The notes under the pieces are model-generated. The model did no database searches. It was not told the origin of the DNA and saw only the letters and a list, made by a program, of their open reading frames with translations. A program made the position numbers and the translations under genes. From contig JBBSRM010000002.1 in NCBI GenBank assembly GCA_038243055.1, positions 3,380-67,379 of the forward strand: a DNA stretch of 64,000 bases. The letters are read 5' to 3'. The stretch comes from Actinomycetales bacterium (GTDB lineage: Bacteria; Actinomycetota; Actinomycetes; Actinomycetales; Micrococcaceae). Positions 57,293 through 64,000 of the stretch are shown one piece after another (position 1 is the stretch's first letter; every line of letters starts with the position of its first letter).

Positions 57293-57334
57293 AGAAAAGC
57301 CCGGGAACCCCACGTGGGGATCCCGGGCTTTTCT
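57293..57334. terminator. Bidirectional intrinsic terminator
   Basis: AGAAAAGCCCGGGA … TCCCGGGCTTTTCT between convergent fprA and katA. Confidence 0.85.
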
Positions 57335-57367
57335 ACAGTTCACCGGCGTGTGCCGGTGAAAGGGCGA

Positions 57368-58864
57368 CTAGGCCTTGCCGGACTGCTCCGACGCGCCATC
57401 GGTCGTGCCCGGGTCGCCGGCTGCATAGCCGTCACGCAGGATCTTGCCGAGGTTCTCGTCGACGTTCGTCCAGTACTGGAAGAAGCGCTCGCGGATGTCA
57501 TCACGAGTGATGCCGCCGGCTTGTCCGAGCAGGTTGTCGTGGAAGCGTTCCTTGGACTCGGCGGTGAACACGTCGCGGTACAGCGTTCCGGCCTGACCGA
57601 AGTCGCTGTCCTCGCTGCGCAGGGTCGCCGCGGCACGAACCAGCTCACCGTCGGTCTCCCAGCTGCCTTCGCCGGCACGCTCCGGCTCAGCTGCCGCTCC
57701 ACCGAAGGAGTTCGGCGTGTAGGGGCGGGTCGTGGCGTCGTTGAAGTGGTACTGCATGTTGCCTTCGTGCATGTACGTGTTCACGTGGGCAGCATGCGGC
57801 TGGTTCACCGGCAACTGGTTGTAGTTCGTCCCGATGCGGTAGCGCTGGGCATCCGGGTAGGAGAACACACGGGCCATCAGCATCTTATCGGGGCTGATGT
57901 CGGTGCCCGGAACCATGTTCGACGGCGAGAATGCTGCCTGCTCGATCTCGGCGAAGAAGTTCTGCGGGTTGCGGTTCAGTGTGAAGTGGCCGACCTTCAC
58001 CAACGGGTAGTCCTCATGCGACCAAGTCTTGGTGATGTCGAAGGGGTTGAAGCGGTAGGTCTTCGCATCCTCATACGGCATGATCTGCACGGACACGTCC
58101 CAGGTCGGGAAGTTACCGGCCTCGATGTTGTCGTACAGGTCGCGGCGGTAGAAGTCCGCGTCGGAGCCGGCGAGCTTCTCGGCCTCGTCGTTGGTGATGG
58201 TGTGGACGCCCTGGCGGGAGTGGAAGTGGTACTGCACCCAGAAGCGCTCGCCCTCGGCGTTGATCCACTGGTAGGTGTGCGAACCGTAGCCGTTCATCTC
58301 GCGCCAGGAAGACGGCAGGCCACGGTCGCCCATGAGGTAGGTGACCTGGTGGGCGGACTCGGGGGAGAGGGTCCAGAAATCCCACTGCATGTCGGCGTCA
58401 CGCAGGGCGGAACCGTTCAGGCGCTTCTGGGAGTGGATGAAGTCCGGGAACTTGATGCCATCGCGGATGAAGAACACCGGGGTGTTGTTGCCGACGATGT
58501 CGAAGTTGCCTTCGGTGGTGTAGAAACGCAGTGCGAAACCGCGCACGTCACGCCAGGTATCGGGGGAACCCTGCTCGCCGGCGACGGTGGAGAAGCGCGC
58601 CAGGGTCTCGGACTTGGCACCGGGCTGGAAGACCGCGGCACGGGTGTACTTCGAAACGTCCTCGGTGATGGTGAGTTCACCGAATGCGCCGCCGCCCTTG
58701 GCGTGCGGGTTGCGCTCCGGGACGCGCTCGCGGTTGAACGAAGCCAGCTTCTCGACCAGGTAACGGTCATGCAGTGCAGTGACGCCGTCGGCCCCGGTGG
58801 TCAGCGAGTGTGCGTCGCTGGGGACGGGCGCACCACTTTGTGTCGTGGTGAAGTTCTCAGACAA
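57368..58864 (-). CDS. katA: Monofunctional heme catalase
   Basis: [44 protein letters not shown]; TTG start after AGGAG. Confidence 0.95.
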   Translation of the reverse strand: MSENFTTTQSGAPVPSDAHSLTTGADGVTALHDRYLVEKLASFNRERVPERNPHAKGGGAFGELTITEDVSKYTRAAVFQPGAKSETLARFSTVAGEQGSPDTWRDVRGFALRFYTTEGNFDIVGNNTPVFFIRDGIKFPDFIHSQKRLNGSALRDADMQWDFWTLSPESAHQVTYLMGDRGLPSSWREMNGYGSHTYQWINAEGERFWVQYHFHSRQGVHTITNDEAEKLAGSDADFYRRDLYDNIEAGNFPTWDVSVQIMPYEDAKTYRFNPFDITKTWSHEDYPLVKVGHFTLNRNPQNFFAEIEQAAFSPSNMVPGTDISPDKMLMARVFSYPDAQRYRIGTNYNQLPVNQPHAAHVNTYMHEGNMQYHFNDATTRPYTPNSFGGAAAEPERAGEGSWETDGELVRAAATLRSEDSDFGQAGTLYRDVFTAESKERFHDNLLGQAGGITRDDIRERFFQYWTNVDENLGKILRDGYAAGDPGTTDGASEQSGKA

Positions 58865-58911
58865 AAGGTTCTCCTTCAGGTGATGGTTTGCTGGTCGATG
58901 GCTGGGTGGTC

Positions 58912-59376
58912 TCAGGCGACGCTCGCCGGAGCCGGAGCCCCGGAGGCGGCGGCCTCGGTGGCATGCGCCGATTCCCTGCAGGAAGCGCATACCCCCTGGT
59001 AGACCACGTCAGCGATCTGGATGTTCATGCCATGCGTATCTGAGGGGGAAAGACAGGGGGCGTGGCCCACCGCGCACTCGACATCCTCGATCCGTCCACA
59101 GGTCATGCACACCGCGTGGTGGTGGTTGTCGTCCACGCGCGTCTCATGCAGGGCCGCGGAGCCGGGCGGAGTGAACCGTCGCAGCATCCCCAGCGCCGTG
59201 AGATCGTTCAGCACGTTGTAGACGGACTGCATGGACACCTCGGGCAACTCGTCACGCACTCCGGAGGCCACGGTATCGGCGGAGGAGTGCGGAGTCGTTT
59301 CCAGGAAGCGAAGCACGGCCAGGCGCTGGCGTGTCACGCGCAGCCCCAATTCGTGTAGTCGCTTCTTGTGATCCAT
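58912..59376 (-). CDS. furA: Fur-family regulator (FurA/PerR type)
   Basis: [23 protein letters not shown]……PCL, G.C..C; directly upstream of the catalase. Confidence 0.88.
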   Translation of the reverse strand: MDHKKRLHELGLRVTRQRLAVLRFLETTPHSSADTVASGVRDELPEVSMQSVYNVLNDLTALGMLRRFTPPGSAALHETRVDDNHHHAVCMTCGRIEDVECAVGHAPCLSPSDTHGMNIQIADVVYQGVCASCRESAHATEAAASGAPAPASVA

Positions 59377-59390
59377 ACCCCTATTCAACT

Positions 59391-59417
59391 CCCTATTTTG
59401 ATGAAGTCAAGATAGGG
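59391..59417. promoter_or_regulatory. Putative FurA operator overlapping the furA-katA promoter
   Basis: CCCTATTTTGA-TGAAG-TCAAGATAGGG inverted repeat (10/11), containing a minus-strand TTGACT. Confidence 0.6.
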
Positions 59418-59623
59418 CAGGCTAAGTCGCCTGCTGCTGGCAGGGGTGGCTGCGTGATGCCCCGATAAGTGCCATAGGATCAGGGGCCGGTGCGCTCCGC
59501 GCCCCAGGCCCTCCTGCGGCGTGATCCGTGGCTCATTCGGAACACCGGGGGTAGGTGGAGCGTTAACCAGACATCCCGCCCGTCAACTCGGTGGGTGGAG
59601 GCACTATCTAGGAGTGGAACCCG

Positions 59624-60490
59624 GTGCACAACCATTTCAATGGTCTCAAGACTGCCGCCCTGCTCGGCGGCATGTTCGCCTTGCTACTGGTCATCGGATC
59701 GCTGATTGCCTCCGGGACGGGCAACTCGTCGTTCATTTGGATCTTCGCCCTGATCGGGTTGGGGACCACCGCCTACGGGTACTGGAACAGCGACAAGATC
59801 GCCATCCGCTCCATGCAGGCCTACCCGGTCACCGAGCAGGAACAACCGGCGATGTACCGGATCGTCAACCAGCTCTCCATTACAGCGGGTCAGCCCATGC
59901 CGCGGCTGTTCGTCTCCCCGACCGCGGCGCCGAATGCGTTCGCCACCGGACGGAACCCGCAGAACGCCGCCGTGTGCTGCACGGAGGGCATCCTGAACCT
60001 GCTTGACGAGCGCGAACTACGTGGAGTGCTGGGCCATGAGCTCATGCACGTCTACAACCGGGACATCCTCACCTCCTCCGTGGCCGCCGCCGTCGCCGGT
60101 GTCGTGACGTCGGTGGCCCAGTTCATGCTCTTCTTCGGTGGAGGGGACCGCCGCAACGCCAACCCGCTGGCGATGATCGCCATGGCATTGTTGGCGCCGC
60201 TGGCGGCCTCGCTGATCCAGCTGGCGATCAGCCGGACCCGTGAATACGATGCCGACGAGGACGGTGCCACGCTGACCAACGATCCACTGGCCCTGGCATC
60301 GGCGTTGCACAAGCTCGAAGCCGGAGTCCAGCGGGCCCCGTTGCCCGAGGATCAGCGCCTGGTCAACACCTCCCACCTGATGATCGCCAACCCGTTCCTC
60401 GGCGGCGCGAAGAAGCTCTTCGCCACCCATCCGCCCATGGCGGACCGGATCTCCCGTCTGGAGAAAATGGCGGGACGTCCGCTGGAATAA
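59624..60490 (+). CDS. htpX: Zinc metalloprotease HtpX
   Basis: PNAFATGRNP, GHELMH (HExxH), SRTREY.AD, ATHPP. Confidence 0.95.
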   Translation: MHNHFNGLKTAALLGGMFALLLVIGSLIASGTGNSSFIWIFALIGLGTTAYGYWNSDKIAIRSMQAYPVTEQEQPAMYRIVNQLSITAGQPMPRLFVSPTAAPNAFATGRNPQNAAVCCTEGILNLLDERELRGVLGHELMHVYNRDILTSSVAAAVAGVVTSVAQFMLFFGGGDRRNANPLAMIAMALLAPLAASLIQLAISRTREYDADEDGATLTNDPLALASALHKLEAGVQRAPLPEDQRLVNTSHLMIANPFLGGAKKLFATHPPMADRISRLEKMAGRPLE

Positions 60491-60594
60491 GAGGGGGGGT
60501 ACCACTTTCGCCAACGCCGGGTGGCCGTTGGTCGGTCGTTGGATCGCGGAATATCCATTTGGTCATTGCGCAAGGGTTGCGTATCGTCATCTGC

Positions 60595-60613
60595 ATAGGT
60601 AAGGCTTACCTAG
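60595..60613. promoter_or_regulatory. DtxR/IdeR iron box
   Basis: ATAGGTAAGGCTTACCTAG versus consensus TTAGGTTAGGCTAACCTAA, upstream of efeU. Confidence 0.85.
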
Positions 60614-60640
60614 ACACCTTGACGTCCACCCGGAAGCTCC

Positions 60641-61501
60641 ATGATGATCGCGAATTTCCTGATCGGCCTGCGGGAAGGGCTTGAAGCCGTCCTGATCGTG
60701 GTGCTCCTTCTGGCATACCTAGGCAAGACCGGACGGACCCATCTGGTGCCGCGGGTCATGGCCGGCGTCGGTGTCGCGGTTGCCGTGTCACTGGCCTTCG
60801 GAGCCCTCCTGACGTTCGGCCCACGCGGCCTGACCTTCGAAGCGCAAGAGGCCATTGGCGGAACCCTTTCCCTGGTCGCCGTCGGATTCGTGACGTGGAT
60901 GATCTTCTGGATGGCCCGGACATCGCGGTCCATGGCGACCGATCTGCGCCATAAAGTAGACGACGCAGCCGACGGGAAGGCCTGGGTGCTGGTCCTGGTT
61001 GCTGCCTTGGCCGTCGGCCGCGAGGGCCTGGAAACCGCCCTGTTCATCTGGGCCGCAGCCCGCGCCACGGGCGAGACCTGGGAACCGATTGCCGGTGCCG
61101 CCCTCGGCCTCGCCGTCGCCGTCGTCCTGGGCGCCCTGATCCACCGCGGTGCCGTCAGGATCAACTTCGCAAAGTTCTTCAGCTGGACCGGGGCGGCACT
61201 GATCATCGTTGCTGCAGGTGTCCTGGCCTATGGCATCCACGACCTGCAGGAAGCCGGCATCCTGCCGGGTCTGCACCGACTGGCCTTCGACGTCTCCCAC
61301 ATCATCCCTCCCTCGAGCTGGTACGGCACCGTACTCAAGGGGGTCTTCAACTTCTCCCCGGCCACCACGTGGCTCGAGGCCATCGCCTGGACCAGTTACG
61401 TCGTCCCGGTCTTCTACTTCTACTTCCGTGGCCTGCGCCGCGGGTCTCCGAAGTCCCGGACCGGTTCATCGGCCGGTACCGCCGTCGGCTCGAACGCCTG
61501 A
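60641..61501 (+). CDS. efeU: Iron permease FTR1 family
   Basis: Two REGLE motifs. Confidence 0.93.
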   Translation: MMIANFLIGLREGLEAVLIVVLLLAYLGKTGRTHLVPRVMAGVGVAVAVSLAFGALLTFGPRGLTFEAQEAIGGTLSLVAVGFVTWMIFWMARTSRSMATDLRHKVDDAADGKAWVLVLVAALAVGREGLETALFIWAAARATGETWEPIAGAALGLAVAVVLGALIHRGAVRINFAKFFSWTGAALIIVAAGVLAYGIHDLQEAGILPGLHRLAFDVSHIIPPSSWYGTVLKGVFNFSPATTWLEAIAWTSYVVPVFYFYFRGLRRGSPKSRTGSSAGTAVGSNA

Positions 61502-61547
61502 ATCCCCGTCGCCTCCGCGAATCCGCCCAGACCCTGCAAGGATCCCC

Positions 61548-62711
61548 ATGACCCCGAACCGCACCCTCCCCGCCGTCGCCGCCCTGGCGGTGGCCGCGCT
61601 CGCCCTGGCCGGTTGCACCGACAATAATGCGACCGCAGCCGGTGGGGACGGCGCCATTGCCGTGACCAGCACCGAAGACACCTGCGAGGTCAGCACCGAT
61701 ACCATCCCGGGCGGCACGCTCAAATTCTCGGTGAAGAACGAAGGAACCCAGGTCACCGAGTTCTACCTGCTGGCCGAAGACGGTCTGCGCATTGTCGGGG
61801 AGGTGGAGAACATCGGACCCGGTTTGAGTCGGGATCTGGTCGTTGTCGCTCCCGAAGGGAAGTATGCCACCGCCTGCAAACCAGGCATGGTCGGCGACGG
61901 CATCCGGGCGGACTTCGCCGTGGGCCCGGTGCCCGAGGGCCAGGAGATCAGCGCCGACCGGGCCGCCTTGCAGGACACCGCCACAACGCAGTACAGCGCC
62001 TACGTCAAGGACCAGACCGACCAGCTGCTGGCCGGCACCAAGAAGTTCGCCCGGGCCTTCGCCGATGGTGAGACGGATCAGGCCCAGAAGCTCTACGCCT
62101 CGACGCGCATGCATTGGGAGCGCATCGAACCGGTGGCCGAATCATTCGGTGACCTGGACCCGATCCTTGATGCCCGGGAAGCCGATCTGGAACCGGGCCA
62201 GGACTGGACCGGTTGGCACCGTGCGGAGAAGGACCTCTGGCCGCCGAAGAGCGACTACCAGGCCATGAGTTCCGCGCAGCGCCAGAAGATCGCCGATCAG
62301 ATGGTCGCCGATACCGAGGAGCTGCAGGCCCGCACGCTGGAGACCGAGTTCACCGCAGACGCGCTGGCCAACGGAGCCAAGGAGCTCCTTGATGAGGTGG
62401 CCACCGGGAAGGTCACCGGCGAAGAGGAGATCTGGTCCCACACGGACCTGTGGGACTTCCAGGCCAACGTCGACGGCGCCCGCATCGCCTACGAGGACCT
62501 CAAACCGTTGCTCGACCGCGACGACGCGAAGCTCGATGCCAGCCTCGAGAAGAACTTCACGGCGCTGCAGAAGCTCCTGGACCAGTACAAACGAGGAGAC
62601 GGGTTCGTGTACTTCGACGAATTGACCAAGGCCCAGACGCAGGAGCTCGCCTCAGGCGTCGACGCCTTGGCCGAACCGCTGTCCCGGCTGACCGCCGCGG
62701 TGGTGAAGTAG
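61548..62711 (+). CDS. efeO: Iron uptake lipoprotein (cupredoxin + M75/imelysin domains)
   Basis: Lipobox LAGC, EVENIGPG, ERIEPVAE, GWHRAE (HxxE), KVTGEEE.WSHTDL. Confidence 0.93.
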   Translation: MTPNRTLPAVAALAVAALALAGCTDNNATAAGGDGAIAVTSTEDTCEVSTDTIPGGTLKFSVKNEGTQVTEFYLLAEDGLRIVGEVENIGPGLSRDLVVVAPEGKYATACKPGMVGDGIRADFAVGPVPEGQEISADRAALQDTATTQYSAYVKDQTDQLLAGTKKFARAFADGETDQAQKLYASTRMHWERIEPVAESFGDLDPILDAREADLEPGQDWTGWHRAEKDLWPPKSDYQAMSSAQRQKIADQMVADTEELQARTLETEFTADALANGAKELLDEVATGKVTGEEEIWSHTDLWDFQANVDGARIAYEDLKPLLDRDDAKLDASLEKNFTALQKLLDQYKRGDGFVYFDELTKAQTQELASGVDALAEPLSRLTAAVVK

Positions 62712-62713
62712 CC

Positions 62714-64000
62714 GTGGAGGAACAACAGCCCGACGGCGGAACGGCGGAGGAGCAGGAGGGACCACGGCGCGGTCTGCGACGTCGGACCCTGTTCGCGGCG
62801 GCCGGCATAGGCGGGGTGGTCGGTGTCGCCGCGGGTGCCACGGGCGCCTCGGCCGTGGAACGTGCGTCTACTCCGGAAGCGGATCAGGACGTCGTTCCCT
62901 TCCGTGGGGAGCATCAGGCCGGAATCGAGACCGAAACGCAGGACCGGATGCATACGGCTGCCTTCGACGTCACGACCACTGACCGGGACGAGCTGATCTC
63001 GCTGTTGAAGGATTGGACGGCGGCCATCGAATCGATGACCGGTGGGCAGCCGGTCGGCGGACCCGATGGAGCCACCGGTGGCGCCTATGACGCCCCACCG
63101 GAGGACACGGGGGAGGCACTGGATCTGCCGGCGAGTCACCTGACGGTGACCATCGGTTTTGGCCGCACCCTCTTCACCCAAGACGGGAAGGACCGTTTCG
63201 GTCTGGCCGACCGGCTGCCCGAGGCACTGATCGACCTCCCGCACTTTCCCGGGGACGCGCTGGAGGAGAACCGCAGCGATGGCGACCTGGTGGTCCAGGC
63301 CTGCGCCGACGACCCGCAAATTGCGGTGCACGCCGTCCGCAACCTGGTGCGGATCGGCTTCGGTCGGGCTCGTGTGCGGTGGAGCCAGATCGGCTTCGGA
63401 CGCACCTCATCCACCTCGGCGGACCAGGTCACCGCGCGAAACCTTTTCGGTTTCAAGGACGGGACCGCGAACGTCAAGTCGCAGGAAACCCAGGCCCTGG
63501 CCGACCATGTGTGGGTCTCAGGGGCTACGGGCGGACAAGCTTGGATGAACGCCGGGACCTATATGGTGGCCCGCCGGATCCGGATGCACATCGAGACCTG
63601 GGACCGCACCTCGCTGCGCGAACAAGAACTGGATATCGGCCGGACCAAGCGCGAAGGTGCCCCCCTGTCCGGTGGTGCCGAGTTCGATGATCCTGACTTC
63701 GACATGAAGGGTTCCGCTGGCCCGCTGATTGCCGGGGACTCGCACGTTGCCCTGGCCCACCCGAGCCGGAATGGGGGTGTGAGGATGCTGCGCCGCGGAT
63801 TCAACTACACCGACGGCTCCGATGGACTGGGGCGGCTCGACGCCGGGTTGTTCTTCATTGCCTACGTGGTGGATCCACGCACCCATTACGTGCCGATGCA
63901 GATGGCCATGGCCAAGAACGATCTGCTGGTGGAGTATCTGAAACACACGGGGTCAGGGCTCTTTGCGGTTCCCCCCGGGGTCACCGAGCCGGACGGCTAC
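62714..64000 (+). CDS. efeB: Dyp-type peroxidase/deferrochelatase (3' end runs off the window)
   Basis: GTG 62714: MEEQQPDGG…RRRTLFAAAG Tat signal, HQAGI, RNLFGFKDGT, MLRRGFNY; open to the window edge. Confidence 0.92.
   Translation, partial: MEEQQPDGGTAEEQEGPRRGLRRRTLFAAAGIGGVVGVAAGATGASAVERASTPEADQDVVPFRGEHQAGIETETQDRMHTAAFDVTTTDRDELISLLKDWTAAIESMTGGQPVGGPDGATGGAYDAPPEDTGEALDLPASHLTVTIGFGRTLFTQDGKDRFGLADRLPEALIDLPHFPGDALEENRSDGDLVVQACADDPQIAVHAVRNLVRIGFGRARVRWSQIGFGRTSSTSADQVTARNLFGFKDGTANVKSQETQALADHVWVSGATGGQAWMNAGTYMVARRIRMHIETWDRTSLREQELDIGRTKREGAPLSGGAEFDDPDFDMKGSAGPLIAGDSHVALAHPSRNGGVRMLRRGFNYTDGSDGLGRLDAGLFFIAYVVDPRTHYVPMQMAMAKNDLLVEYLKHTGSGLFAVPPGVTEPDGY

Noticed and set aside
57314-59002. 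562-aa plus-strand ORF and many similar overlapping ORFs (e.g. 15854..17044, 52722..54146, 32504..33895)
   Set aside because: Antisense or alternate-frame shadows of well-supported genes, expected in high-GC DNA.
1-64000. CRISPR arrays, IS elements, integrases, tRNA or rRNA genes
   Set aside because: No regularly spaced repeats, transposase or integrase motifs, or RNA gene signatures were seen by eye.

Overview
High-GC actinobacterial chromosomal window; gene content and order suggest Micrococcaceae (Arthrobacter-like). It carries a split phenylacetate pathway (paaK-paaI at the left edge; paaABCDE plus an enoyl-CoA hydratase/isomerase at 15.9-20.6 kb) next to an Lrp-controlled 2-oxoacid dehydrogenase E1a/E1b/E2 operon. 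Also present: oligopeptidase B, mdh, phoD, two polar amino-acid ABC systems, a menaquinone cluster (menC, menD, menF, menG, menJ-like, polyprenyl synthase), a PucR/NSS-transporter/gabT module, fprA, furA-katA, htpX and a DtxR/IdeR-boxed efeUOB operon. The most unusual element is a compact non-canonical type VII secretion locus at 48.0-55.6 kb. It comprises a fused EccC, a MinD/ParA-like ATPase, EccD, a 107-aa 'mini-EccB' and a divergent pair of atypical WXG100-like proteins, with no mycosin, EccA, EccE or adjacent effector. Two genes carry single-base frameshifts, one MFS gene lacks a canonical start codon, and several operators are readable directly from the sequence. No rRNA, tRNA, CRISPR or transposase was recognised. 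Annotations come from motif and family recognition by eye, not from database searches.
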